A stretch of 40,375 nucleotides of DNA from a virus (lineage: Duplodnaviria; Caudoviricetes): IMG/VR virus record IMGVR_UViG_3300033076_001546, positions 1 through 40,375 of that record; one strand, 5' to 3'. Positions 18,001 through 28,774 of this stretch are shown in pieces; the first letter of the stretch is position 1, and the number at the start of each line of letters is the position of its first letter. The position numbers were made by a program, and so were the translations under genes. Under the pieces are notes generated by a model, which was not told the origin of the DNA, did not search any database, and was given only the letters and a program-made list of their open reading frames with translations.

Positions 18001-19755
18001 TTAATTTAAACTAAATTTGATTGTTTTAGTTTTTAAATCTGTTAATCTAATTAAGTTTAATTGATATTTTATATCATTATTTATGTTCAAAATATCAATT
18101 AGGCCATTCTCGGTCTTTAAATTAAGACAATCAGGCGTAAAAAATATCTTTATTTTTTCTTTATTTTTAAAAAAAGGCGTAAAATTAAAAATTAAATTGT
18201 CGTTTTCAAAAAGCATTGTTTTTCTTTTAACATAAAGATTAGGATATTGTCTAGGTGCATCTGATAAGCTAATATTGTCAACTATAAGTTTATTATATAC
18301 ATTACTATATCTAACAGCTATCTGATTTGAATAATTTGACACAAAGCCATGAGCATCTACTGAACATACCGTGTATATATATAAACTATTCAAATTATCG
18401 ATTTCATCTATAAAGTTAGTTTTTGCAAATTTTCCTGACTTGTCGATGTCTTTTATTACTTCATTTGAAACAATGTCAGAAAACATATCAAAGTTTCTAA
18501 ATTTTGAAGGATCTTTTTTATAAGAAGTGTAAATTAAAGTATATGGTTCTTCTAAGCTTTTTCTTCTATATAATTGATATCCTATTACATCATTTGTAGG
18601 ATTGTTTGGATTATCCCATAAAAATTCAATTTTATTTAAGTTGTATATAAATTTTGCATGCAATGCATTAGGAGGTGAAGGTTGCAAATATTCTACTGCT
18701 CTTGTAAACAAAGTCTTATATGATTGATTGCATATTAACGCATATTGTTTTTCATAATATCCATCTAAATTTTTTGGTAATATTGCACAGAAAACAGGAA
18801 ATATTTCATAACAATATGAGCATCCATAACTAACATAATCATCATAGAAAACAATTTCTTCTTTGTTGTAGTCATTAATAATATCAAAATGAATAAATTG
18901 ATTTGCAGCATTTAAAGAAAGGCTGCCATCTTTCTTTTTAATATGCTTTCTTACAAGAAATCCTATAAATAAACAACCTGATTCTATTAATAGTTCATTA
19001 TGTGTTTCTGATGTGATAGGAAGACTTGAAAAATATTTAATTTTTTCAAATATTGATAAATTATCGACGTCACTTTGGACATCTTTTCTGTCTTGATTAA
19101 TAAAATTACTTAAGCCTTCTTTAAAATTTAAATTTTTTGTTAAATATCCTGACGATATCAGTTCATCATGAACATTATTGTTTGTTGAGTAAAAATCAAA
19201 AACATTTAAGTTTCTTGATAGATGATTTTTATATTTTGCCAATAAAATATCTTTTGAAAATTTTGAAGAAAAAGAAAATTCTTTTAAGTTTTTTGTATTT
19301 TTTTCATTTGTTAAAAAAGGATATTTTTTTTGATTAATATCATATGAACTACATAGATTTTTTGTAAACTTTGAATCTTGTTTTGAAATGAAATTTACAA
19401 TATTGTCTTCTATTTCAAAAGAAAAATTAAAATTATTTAAAATTTCTAGATTTTGATTTAAATTTTTTGATAGCTCTATATTGCTAATGTAATTTTCAAC
19501 TTGTCTTTCTAGATTTCTTTTGATATTTTTCATTTTTTCAGAAAAAAGTCTCAATTTTTCATTAGAACTCAATGAAATACTTATTTTTATTGAGTTTTTT
19601 TTCTCAATGGATTTTTTTAAGTCAATTTCATTATCCCAGTTTTCTTTATATAAATCCTTTTCTTCATCTTTTTCGTCATAAGATAAATAATTGTATGTAG
19701 CATTAATTAAAAATTTATTAATTCTATAATCAAATATGTCAAAAATTTTATTCAT
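18001..19755 (-). CDS. Fibronectin type III domain-containing virion protein (584 aa)
   Basis: PSPPNAL...IEFLWDNP...IGYQLYRR...FID...YIYTVCSVDAHG.VSNYS is a canonical FN3 pattern. A more degenerate unit precedes it (IGFLVRK...FYDDYVSYGCSYCYEI). Confidence 0.75.
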   Translation of the reverse strand: MNKIFDIFDYRINKFLINATYNYLSYDEKDEEKDLYKENWDNEIDLKKSIEKKNSIKISISLSSNEKLRLFSEKMKNIKRNLERQVENYISNIELSKNLNQNLEILNNFNFSFEIEDNIVNFISKQDSKFTKNLCSSYDINQKKYPFLTNEKNTKNLKEFSFSSKFSKDILLAKYKNHLSRNLNVFDFYSTNNNVHDELISSGYLTKNLNFKEGLSNFINQDRKDVQSDVDNLSIFEKIKYFSSLPITSETHNELLIESGCLFIGFLVRKHIKKKDGSLSLNAANQFIHFDIINDYNKEEIVFYDDYVSYGCSYCYEIFPVFCAILPKNLDGYYEKQYALICNQSYKTLFTRAVEYLQPSPPNALHAKFIYNLNKIEFLWDNPNNPTNDVIGYQLYRRKSLEEPYTLIYTSYKKDPSKFRNFDMFSDIVSNEVIKDIDKSGKFAKTNFIDEIDNLNSLYIYTVCSVDAHGFVSNYSNQIAVRYSNVYNKLIVDNISLSDAPRQYPNLYVKRKTMLFENDNLIFNFTPFFKNKEKIKIFFTPDCLNLKTENGLIDILNINNDIKYQLNLIRLTDLKTKTIKFSLN

Positions 19756-19789
19756 TGTTTAAGCTTTTGTTTCTATAAATAATAAATAT

Positions 19790-22700
19790 TTAATTGTCTA
19801 ATAAACTCACTTTTACTCTATATGAAACATTTTTAGGTATATATTTTTTACCATTAATTTTGATATTATAGAAAGTCAAGTCATTCTCGTTTTCTGAATA
19901 AATAAAGTTATATAGATTTTTTTGATAATTTGTATTGATTTCATCTCTTAATCGATTATTAACACTTTGATTGTTGATAAAAGGTTCAAAAGTAATACCT
20001 GCTGCATTTGAAACAATAGGATATCCAATATTGTCATAATTTAAAGAAGTTGCAATAAAATCTTCAGGCTTCAAAGAAATGTTATATATTCTATAGAAAT
20101 TAGAAGTTGCAAAATCTTCATGACTAAGCAGCAAAGATTTAGTAAAATCAGACATAAATTTTGTAAATACATTGACAAAGTTATTTGTTACAACATCTGC
20201 GATTTTAAAATTTAATCCTTTATAGTTTACGTCTGACTGAGTAAATGCATTTTGTAAATCTTGCAAATTAAAACCCATATAATTTGTTTCTGAATTTATA
20301 TTTTGCAATCTTGTAATTTTTTGTGTAAATAAATCATATACTTCTTTTAATATTACTGTTTCTTGCAAAAATTTTTCTTCTTGCTTTTTAATTGAAAAAT
20401 TATTTTTAGGTTCGAAGCCTGATAAAACTTTTAAATTTTTTTGTAGTTTATAACTCATTGCCTGATTATATACACATCTTTTTACTAAATCTTCAATCAG
20501 TTCAGTTTTTTGTGCAAGACTAGCATTAATTGCATTTAGTTTGTTTTCATACACAGAAAGCAATTCATTTTTTCTTTCAGAAATATATTCTGTGTGATTT
20601 GTCATTAAACCAACATTATAATTTTGATGTAAAGAAATATTTTCATTTTCAAAGATGTTATTTGTTAAATTCTTTTGATTATCAGGATCTGTAAAGTCTG
20701 ATTTTGCAATTAATTTATTATATACAAAATTTGAAGAATTTGAAAGTTTTCCATATTTCAATAATGGAAATTTTAAGTCATTTATTACATTCAAAGATGT
20801 CACCATAGGATACCCAGACAATTGACTTTCTATAGAAAAAATATCATCTAATGGATTATTTATCTTTAAATCAAATTCGAACCTTTTTGTTTCCCACATA
20901 ATATGCGGAAAATCATTGTCAAACATATCAACTTCTATTACAATTATATCATTTAAAGAAAACATATTATTGTTTTCAATACCTACAGAAAGTATAGTCG
21001 AGTCTTTAATTTTTAATGATTGATTTTTTACATAAAGATTTGAATTTTCATCTATTACGACATTTGAATTTTCAATTGTCTGTTTATTAAAATTTTCTTT
21101 TAGGTATTTGTCTATAAAAGATCCTTGAATTAATTCTTTTTCAAACTTTGAAATTGTTAATGGGATATCTTTGTTTTTTAACTCATAATAATCTTTTATA
21201 TTTTTAATTGTTTTAAACTTTAACAAGCTTTTGACATAAAGATCTTTAAGATGAGTATTTTTATCTAATAATAGAAAATTTTCAAATCCTGTATTACTGA
21301 TAATTTTGTTTTTTTGAGAATTAATATTTTTTTGAATACGTAACTGTTTTAATTTTGAATATATTTTCCAAGTATCTTCTCCTAGGCCTTTCTCATAAGA
21401 GTTATGATATTTAAAAATTTCTAAATTTAAAGCTTCAGATATATCATTTAGCATTAGACCGTACGCTATTTGATTAAACCAATTAAAATTCACATCAGAG
21501 AAAATATGATTTTCAAAGTTCAATAAGCTGTTTAATTTTGAAAAATCAGAAAGCTGATCCTTTAATAGGTAAAAACAATTTATGTTAAAATTTGCATAAT
21601 GACTATTTTCATTTATCGTTTTGCAACCAGAAGAATTTTGATCAACAAAAGAACTGCTTGAAATAATTTCATTAATATTTGAATTTTCATTGTTTTCATA
21701 TTCTTCTGATATTTCATAACTTTTTGATATTATTGAAACAAATATATCTTTAGCGGTCAGTATGTTTTTGTAACTAATTCCATTTATTAGTTTTTGTCGA
21801 GTCAAATCATTGCAATAAACAAGAAAGTTTTTATAAAATGAAGAAAATAAAAGATTATCATAGCTCTGAAGTGAATTTTTTGAAAAAAATACGCATTTCT
21901 CTGATATCGTTACTTCATTTTTTTCATTTATATTAAATATTTTAAATTGATCATCATCTACACTGTAAAGGCTTTGTTCAAATTGATTATCAAAAAAAGA
22001 AATACATGATTGATTAATATAAACTAATGGATTTCCTTCTATGCCTGAGTCTCTTATTCTGCTGTCTTTGTTTTCAAAATAAAAAAGTCTGTTCGAATTA
22101 AAATTTTCTAAATTGAAATAATCAAAAATATTTGAAAATTTTGACATGAATTGTCTATTGCTCTTAATGTAAAAATACACTTTTTTAATTTCTTGCTCGG
22201 ACATTCCTAATATTTCCTTAAAATAATAAAGAATTTTCTGAACGCTTGGTTTAAATGATGCATTATTTGATATTTTTTGATTACTAATAAAATTATTAAA
22301 TTTTTCTGTGTCAATATAGAGTTGATCAATTACTCTTTCAAAAGGAAAAATGATTCTTTTTAAAATCTCATTAGATTTATTATGAAATTTTGTAAAGAAA
22401 GTCAGATTTTGAAAATTATCTTCTGCGATATTTTTTATGACAGAGTTTGCATCGTTTTTTGAATATTTAAAAATAAAATTCGAATCAAATGTTCTATTAC
22501 ATAATGCAATATTACTTTGCACTTCATAAAACATTCTACAGAAAATATCAGAAGAAATCTGCAAAATAGAAGAAATAATATTTTTAAAAGTTTTAATATT
22601 CGAATCATTAGATAATGTAAAATTTTCGAAAGATAAACTATTTCTGACGTCGATTTTATTTAGTATACTTTGATTAAAAATTTCATCGAACATTAAAAAA

Positions 22701-25700
22701 AGATCATTGTCTTTAAAGTTTTGATCAAAAATAGAATTTTCAATTGAAGCAATATTAAGTATATTTTCTTTCAATACAATATTGTCAATATTCTCTAAGA
22801 TTTCTTTATAGTTTTCAAATTTTCTTTTTGTGTATCTTTCTTTTAAACCAGTATTGGCAAGTTCAGGAATAGTTTCATCAAAATTAATTGTTTTGCCAGT
22901 TTGCATAAAATTTTTAATTGAATTAAAAGTATTTGAAAATTCTGTTTCATCTAAAGAAACCGTGCTAATCATAAAAGATTTTTTATTTTGATATTCCATG
23001 ATTTTCATGAAAGGTTTAAAAGAGTCTAAATTGAAAATATTTTTAATGAAAAAATCTTTAATTCCGTCTATGTTTGATTCACATATATAGAAAGGTGAAA
23101 TTTGAGATTTGTTGACATTAAAGTTGTTTTTATATTCTTTAATTCTAGAATAGTCTTTTTGTTCTAAGGCTTGTTTATCTTCATATTTGAAATATTTTTC
23201 TTGTGAAATATTAGAAAACAGAAAATGATAAAATAAACCGTTTTGCTCATAAAATTCATCTTCTTCGTTTTTCTTATAAGGATTATAATTTTCATAATCT
23301 TCATAGGTAGAAGTTTGACTATTTAGATCATTTGAAAACATATAGAAAGGAGAAATATCTGTCAATAATTCTATTGCGTCTTCATTTGAAAAAATTGCAT
23401 ATATTTTATTCATTTCAGATCTTATTGAATTTTCTAGATTAGGCAAATTAGAGTTACTTAATAAGTAAAAAGACAAAATATTTGTTAAAGAAGTATTAAT
23501 AATTTGTTTTTGATGATTATTTAAACCTTTTGAATTGCTGTTTATTGACCAAAACAACATTGCAAGTTCTGTTAAATTTGCTCTTTTTGAAAAGTTATAA
23601 AGATTGTCACTTTCAAAAGTGTTTCTGCTAAAGATTTCTTTTATTTTTTCTTTTAAAGTAGATAAAAATTTAGTATTATTTACAAAATGTCCTAAAGATT
23701 CATGATGTTTTTTTGTAATATTTTCAATTGCTTTAGAATAATCAGGATTAATGAATTTTTCTTTTATCTGATTTTCTGTTAAATCAATATTTAAATCAAA
23801 AAATTCATTATTCGTATTTTTTATTTCTTCAATATTAAAATCTATAGATTCATTAAACAATTCTTCGTTTTTCTTAAGAATTAATTTTGAATTTAAAATA
23901 AAATCTTTCTCTTCTCGATCTAGATTTTTTTCATTAAAAGAATATTCTATTTTTTCATTATTTTCTTTTTCGATCAGTTTGTTTTTATCTATAGAAGGAG
24001 AATTAAGTATTAGATTTGTTTCATCTTTTTCTATCTCAGACGTAGATATTATTCTTTCTTGATTTCGAAATATTAAATTTTTTAAATTTTTTACACAATC
24101 GTTCACTAAATATCTATTCTTGATAATAGACTTAGAAAAGTTAGAATTTTCATTAAAATAATTAAAATTATATAATCCCCTGATGTTCTCTATTAATTCT
24201 TTTTTACTTTCATATATGAAACTAATATGTTCTTCAGTATTTAAATTTAAGAGATTTCTAGTGTCAGAAAGACTGTTTAAGTTTAAACCTAAATTTAAAT
24301 TTCTTGGTATTGCACCTCTAGACCTGGTTTGGTTCTGAATATTGGATCTATTTATTTGTCTAATTTTTGTGTTTTGAATATCTATATTTAAAGCAGTCGG
24401 ATTTAATGATTTTAATTTATTTACACCGGTGATTATTTTGTTTTGCGCAATATTTAAATGAGAAAAATCTGGAAAATTAGTTAAAGGCCTTATTGTAATT
24501 TTTTTGACTTTTAAAATATGCAAATTTTTAGGATTAATATAGTTTGATATCAAGCCTAAGATAGACAATCCTGATTCTTTAATTCCTTCTTCAAAATTTC
24601 TTTCGAATTCATTTGAATATAAATCATTATCTTCATTGATATTATTAATTTCAGTTTCAGCTTCTTCAAATGTTGCATAATTTTTTAAAAATATTGATTT
24701 TTCAAATATGTTTTTCTTGTTTGAAGAAAAACTGTAACTTGAATTAGTGGCATCTAACATGTTTTCAGAATACTTATTTTGTAAATAAACTTTACTTAGA
24801 CCGTAAAGATCAATATTTTTAGTATTAATGAAAGAATGAATATTGCTCATTTTCTCTTTGTAATTAAAAATATTAACATTTTTTGCCTTTAAGTCAATTT
24901 CATAACTTGAAAGTCTTTTATTTAAAGAGTTTAATTTTTCATATGAAATTTTTTCAAAAAGCTGATCGCTTTCTTCTTTTTCATTTTCAAAAATAAAAAT
25001 GTCTTTTCTTTTAAGTTTTTTCAAATTTAAATGTTCTGTATCATTTAAAAAAGAAGGAAAGTTTAGAATATTTGAATTTGAAAAAGTTAAATTCTTTTTG
25101 TTTTCTAGTGAGTAAGGAATAAGCCCGAATATTAAAGAGTTTGTAGACATATAATGATCAGATTCTAGAATATTGTACAATGATTGAGAAATCATATTTG
25201 TAGAATGAAAATATTTTTTAAGATCCACATGATTTTTTTCATTTTGAGATATCACAAAACCTAAATTGTTCTTAAAAAAATCAATAACTTTATATGTTAT
25301 ATCGCTATTATTTGATGAATTTAATGAAAAATTAAAAAACCTTTTCAAGAAATTAATTTTCCTAGAAGAAGGATTAACAACTATTTGATTTTCAATATTA
25401 TTTTCATTAGGAAGTAAATTAAATATTTCACTTTTTAAAAATTTTTGAATCTCAAATGTGTCTAAAACGCCTGATAGAAAATTAAATTTATTTTTTAAGA
25501 AATCATCATTTAATTCATAAGAAGAATCTTTTGCGTTTTTAAATATTTTTAAAAAGTTATTTGTAAATAAAAAACTTGAATTAAAAAAATCCTGCGTAGA
25601 ATTCAGTGTTGTATCATAAAGAAAATTAAGAGTGTCAATATACTCATTATCATATCTTATTGTTTCAAATTCTTCTTTTATTTGTGAAACAATACTTTTT

Positions 25701-25963
25701 GAAGCAAAAAAAGTTTCTTTTGATTTTATAAATGAATGATTCATTTGTGCATCAAAAAAATCAAAATGTGAATTATCCATCTTTTTTAAAAAATTTAAAT
25801 TTTTTTCATATTGTTTTTTTAAATTTACTTCTAGTTCAAAATCTATATCTTCTTGATCATTATTAACATGATAAATATGCAATAGTTCTGCGTTTAAATT
25901 CTTTTTAAAATATTTCGAATTGAGTTTTGCTGCTTTTTCATAATCCTTATTAAGAATTGACAT
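19790..25963 (-). CDS. Giant hypothetical protein (2057 aa), N/K/I/F/S-rich, in the tail module
   Basis: A 6.2 kb ORF without stops in extremely AT-rich DNA is very unlikely by chance. No recognised domain. Confidence 0.85.
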   Translation of the reverse strand: MSILNKDYEKAAKLNSKYFKKNLNAELLHIYHVNNDQEDIDFELEVNLKKQYEKNLNFLKKMDNSHFDFFDAQMNHSFIKSKETFFASKSIVSQIKEEFETIRYDNEYIDTLNFLYDTTLNSTQDFFNSSFLFTNNFLKIFKNAKDSSYELNDDFLKNKFNFLSGVLDTFEIQKFLKSEIFNLLPNENNIENQIVVNPSSRKINFLKRFFNFSLNSSNNSDITYKVIDFFKNNLGFVISQNEKNHVDLKKYFHSTNMISQSLYNILESDHYMSTNSLIFGLIPYSLENKKNLTFSNSNILNFPSFLNDTEHLNLKKLKRKDIFIFENEKEESDQLFEKISYEKLNSLNKRLSSYEIDLKAKNVNIFNYKEKMSNIHSFINTKNIDLYGLSKVYLQNKYSENMLDATNSSYSFSSNKKNIFEKSIFLKNYATFEEAETEINNINEDNDLYSNEFERNFEEGIKESGLSILGLISNYINPKNLHILKVKKITIRPLTNFPDFSHLNIAQNKIITGVNKLKSLNPTALNIDIQNTKIRQINRSNIQNQTRSRGAIPRNLNLGLNLNSLSDTRNLLNLNTEEHISFIYESKKELIENIRGLYNFNYFNENSNFSKSIIKNRYLVNDCVKNLKNLIFRNQERIISTSEIEKDETNLILNSPSIDKNKLIEKENNEKIEYSFNEKNLDREEKDFILNSKLILKKNEELFNESIDFNIEEIKNTNNEFFDLNIDLTENQIKEKFINPDYSKAIENITKKHHESLGHFVNNTKFLSTLKEKIKEIFSRNTFESDNLYNFSKRANLTELAMLFWSINSNSKGLNNHQKQIINTSLTNILSFYLLSNSNLPNLENSIRSEMNKIYAIFSNEDAIELLTDISPFYMFSNDLNSQTSTYEDYENYNPYKKNEEDEFYEQNGLFYHFLFSNISQEKYFKYEDKQALEQKDYSRIKEYKNNFNVNKSQISPFYICESNIDGIKDFFIKNIFNLDSFKPFMKIMEYQNKKSFMISTVSLDETEFSNTFNSIKNFMQTGKTINFDETIPELANTGLKERYTKRKFENYKEILENIDNIVLKENILNIASIENSIFDQNFKDNDLFLMFDEIFNQSILNKIDVRNSLSFENFTLSNDSNIKTFKNIISSILQISSDIFCRMFYEVQSNIALCNRTFDSNFIFKYSKNDANSVIKNIAEDNFQNLTFFTKFHNKSNEILKRIIFPFERVIDQLYIDTEKFNNFISNQKISNNASFKPSVQKILYYFKEILGMSEQEIKKVYFYIKSNRQFMSKFSNIFDYFNLENFNSNRLFYFENKDSRIRDSGIEGNPLVYINQSCISFFDNQFEQSLYSVDDDQFKIFNINEKNEVTISEKCVFFSKNSLQSYDNLLFSSFYKNFLVYCNDLTRQKLINGISYKNILTAKDIFVSIISKSYEISEEYENNENSNINEIISSSSFVDQNSSGCKTINENSHYANFNINCFYLLKDQLSDFSKLNSLLNFENHIFSDVNFNWFNQIAYGLMLNDISEALNLEIFKYHNSYEKGLGEDTWKIYSKLKQLRIQKNINSQKNKIISNTGFENFLLLDKNTHLKDLYVKSLLKFKTIKNIKDYYELKNKDIPLTISKFEKELIQGSFIDKYLKENFNKQTIENSNVVIDENSNLYVKNQSLKIKDSTILSVGIENNNMFSLNDIIVIEVDMFDNDFPHIMWETKRFEFDLKINNPLDDIFSIESQLSGYPMVTSLNVINDLKFPLLKYGKLSNSSNFVYNKLIAKSDFTDPDNQKNLTNNIFENENISLHQNYNVGLMTNHTEYISERKNELLSVYENKLNAINASLAQKTELIEDLVKRCVYNQAMSYKLQKNLKVLSGFEPKNNFSIKKQEEKFLQETVILKEVYDLFTQKITRLQNINSETNYMGFNLQDLQNAFTQSDVNYKGLNFKIADVVTNNFVNVFTKFMSDFTKSLLLSHEDFATSNFYRIYNISLKPEDFIATSLNYDNIGYPIVSNAAGITFEPFINNQSVNNRLRDEINTNYQKNLYNFIYSENENDLTFYNIKINGKKYIPKNVSYRVKVSLLDN

Positions 25964-25983
25964 GTTTTTTTCCGTTAAATAAT

Positions 25984-25995
25984 TTAAATTATATG
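25984..25995 (-). promoter_or_regulatory. Putative promoter element CATATAATTTAA upstream of the 2057-aa gene
   Basis: Identical to 5804-5815; about 20 nt upstream of the ATG. Confidence 0.4.
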
Positions 25996-26028
25996 TTTGG
26001 TGTATAACTATTAAATTAGATTTAAATC

Positions 26029-28767
26029 TTAAGACACATTTATGTTTGTAATATTTTCATATAGGAAGAAAAGTTTTTGATCTTTTTTAATTGTTATTTT
26101 TACATTTTTTTTATAGTCTTTTATTTTGTCAATTATTTGAAAATCAATAGAATTAAAAACAATATTCTGATAAAGCTTCTCATGTTTAAAATCTATTTCT
26201 TTGTAATTTTTTAAAAAAGTAAACAATTTTAACATATTAGGTGTTTTATATAGGTCAAAATAAAATATAACTTCTAGAGAGTTCTTATTTAGATATTTTG
26301 TTTCAAATGTAAAATTTTTGTTAATATCATCTACAAAAGAATTATTTATGTCATCAACCCAATCATTAAAAACAGACTTATTGTTTTTATATAAAACATT
26401 TGAAATACTTAAATCAGGATAATCTTTCGTATTATCTTTTTTATAGAAAAAACCTTTAAAACAATTTCTTGTTATGTCTTTTATGACTTCATGCATTTTA
26501 TCTTTTTCTAAATTTAAATCTGATAATTGTTCAATGTTTAAAAAAATAGAGCCTTTTAACATTTTTTTAGTATTGTCAAAAAACAATTTTTCAATTTTTG
26601 AATTTAAATTAATCTGTTTTTCAATTTCAACATCTCTTAAGTCTTTTCTTTTTATTTCTTTTAATTCTGATTTTGCCCATGTTGAATTAATTGCTAAAAA
26701 ATCGTAAAGAGTTTGAATTTGAAAGTTATCTAATGAATTAATTCCTTTTGAGTTAATTGCCTGAAATGTAGAATATAGTGAATTAATGATATCATCAGAC
26801 AATATTGTCATATTGCTACTTTGCAAATTATTTGACAAATATATTTCTTTTATTCTGCTCTTAAAAGTAAAAGTATTCATTTCTTTAAAAAACAAGTCGG
26901 ATGGAATTGATAACAATTTTGCTTCAAATTGAATATATTTTTCATTAATTTTTTCATAATTTTCAATATTTTCTTTAAAATTGTTGTTTTTCTGATTGTC
27001 TTCTATTAGAATAACATTAGATTCTTCAAGGTCTTTTAATTCTAAAACTTGTAATAAATCCTGAGAAATATTGAAGTGCTTTATATTTTTCTTTACTATA
27101 AGATAAAATTTATTTAAATTAATATCACTCAATATCTTTTCTTTTTTCTCATTAGACAATAGATTTTCAATTGAATTACTTTTTTCTAGATAAGACTTTT
27201 GATTAAGGTCTTGATTTTTTAACAATTGATTTATTACAGAATTACTATTAGTTAATATTTTCTTTTGATCTATGCTTTGCAATGCGCTATAGTTTAAAGT
27301 ATATTGATATATGTCATTAGTATACTCATTTAAAATATTTTGTGTTTTTGAAATTGAATTATTTTCCATGCTAGAAATTGAAGCATATTCATATGATAAT
27401 TTCTGTGTATATATGATTTTTTTATCATCAGATCTATTCTTAAAAATAATTGATAATTCAGAATCAGGGTTTAAATTTAATAATTTTGAGTACAAATTAA
27501 TTTCATGATTAGATAAAATATTCTTAATGTTTTGGCTAGTTAGATTTAAAGGTTTTGTAAGATTTTTTTCTAAAAATATTTTATCTAATATGCTTTTCTT
27601 GTTAAGAATAATGTCAAACACAAAAGGATTATAGTCTTTTTCTTCTTTGAATTGTTTATTTATTTTAATTTTAATTCCTAAAACATTTTCTTTTAATGAA
27701 TTTCCAACAAAAATAATGTCTTTTTTTGCCTTTTGAATAAAAAAATCATCTTTGTTTTTGTATAAAAGATTTAAATTTTCATAATTAAAGTTTTTAATAA
27801 AAGACTTTTTATCAATATTTTCTATAATCAGATTATATGACAGCGAAACAGTTTTTTCAGGAATTTCATACTTCTTTTTAAAAATAATTTCTATTTCGTC
27901 TTTTTTAAATATTTCATCCATTTCAAGATAGATTTCATCTATTTTTTGATCATTAATATATTCTATTATTTTTATATTCTTAATGTAATTGAAATATTTG
28001 TTTTCAAACAACTTTTGAATTACATTTTTTCCTGCGTCTGTTTTGCTAAATGATATTTTTCTATTTTGAGAATTAATATTTTTTTCAATATTTCTATCAA
28101 ATGCGATATTAAACAGATTTAAATGATCGATATTTTCAATCTCTTTTTTTTCTAGTGAAGTTATATTAATATCATATTCTTCCAGTGAAGACACATTAAT
28201 GTCATCTGATTTCCATTTTGATAGAATATTTTCGTTTTTATCATATGCATATATAAAAAAACTGTAAACATTTTCAGGTTGTTCAACGTTTTTTACTTTA
28301 AAATCTAAACTAAACTCATTTCTTTCTTTTAATTTTTGATCTTCGTTAAGATTTATTTCTATTTTTTTTGACACACTTGATACTAAACTGTACTTATTAA
28401 GATTTTTTTGAGTGTCTTTATTTAAAATCTTAATATCTAGATCAGAATTTGATTTTCTTAAGAAATTTGGAATATTTTTAAAACTCGAATTGTAAGAATT
28501 TGAAAATATTGAACGATTAGTTAAGTTTTCTAAAGTATTTAGGTTGTTTATTTTTTGATTTTTTGATTTTATTTCATTGTTTATTGAGTTTTCAAAATGA
28601 CTATATGATATTATTTTAAAATACTTAACTTCATTTTCAGTTATATCTTTTGTGTTTAAAGAAATTTTAAAATTAACAAAATCAAAAAAAACTTTTTTGC
28701 CACTTTTTATTCTATAAGACTTATAGAAGTTCTTGATTATAGACATATTATTAAATAGATTAATCAT
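26029..28767 (-). CDS. Large hypothetical protein (~912 aa), K/N/I-rich
   Basis: Long ORF. Start revised from 28788 to ATG 28767 (AAGGA SD, 7 nt after the upstream stop). No recognised domain. Confidence 0.8.
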   Translation of the reverse strand: MINLFNNMSIIKNFYKSYRIKSGKKVFFDFVNFKISLNTKDITENEVKYFKIISYSHFENSINNEIKSKNQKINNLNTLENLTNRSIFSNSYNSSFKNIPNFLRKSNSDLDIKILNKDTQKNLNKYSLVSSVSKKIEINLNEDQKLKERNEFSLDFKVKNVEQPENVYSFFIYAYDKNENILSKWKSDDINVSSLEEYDINITSLEKKEIENIDHLNLFNIAFDRNIEKNINSQNRKISFSKTDAGKNVIQKLFENKYFNYIKNIKIIEYINDQKIDEIYLEMDEIFKKDEIEIIFKKKYEIPEKTVSLSYNLIIENIDKKSFIKNFNYENLNLLYKNKDDFFIQKAKKDIIFVGNSLKENVLGIKIKINKQFKEEKDYNPFVFDIILNKKSILDKIFLEKNLTKPLNLTSQNIKNILSNHEINLYSKLLNLNPDSELSIIFKNRSDDKKIIYTQKLSYEYASISSMENNSISKTQNILNEYTNDIYQYTLNYSALQSIDQKKILTNSNSVINQLLKNQDLNQKSYLEKSNSIENLLSNEKKEKILSDINLNKFYLIVKKNIKHFNISQDLLQVLELKDLEESNVILIEDNQKNNNFKENIENYEKINEKYIQFEAKLLSIPSDLFFKEMNTFTFKSRIKEIYLSNNLQSSNMTILSDDIINSLYSTFQAINSKGINSLDNFQIQTLYDFLAINSTWAKSELKEIKRKDLRDVEIEKQINLNSKIEKLFFDNTKKMLKGSIFLNIEQLSDLNLEKDKMHEVIKDITRNCFKGFFYKKDNTKDYPDLSISNVLYKNNKSVFNDWVDDINNSFVDDINKNFTFETKYLNKNSLEVIFYFDLYKTPNMLKLFTFLKNYKEIDFKHEKLYQNIVFNSIDFQIIDKIKDYKKNVKITIKKDQKLFFLYENITNINVS

Positions 28768-28774
28768 TTTTCCT

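Noticed and set aside
967-19781. Exact T4 late promoter TATAAATA at 967-974 and 19774-19781
   Set aside because: Both are on the plus strand, antisense to all genes, and such 8-mers are expected by chance in AT-rich DNA.
19790-25963. 2057-aa ORF as tape measure protein
   Set aside because: It lacks the Ala/Gly-rich helical repeats typical of tape measures, and no tube, sheath or chaperone genes are adjacent.
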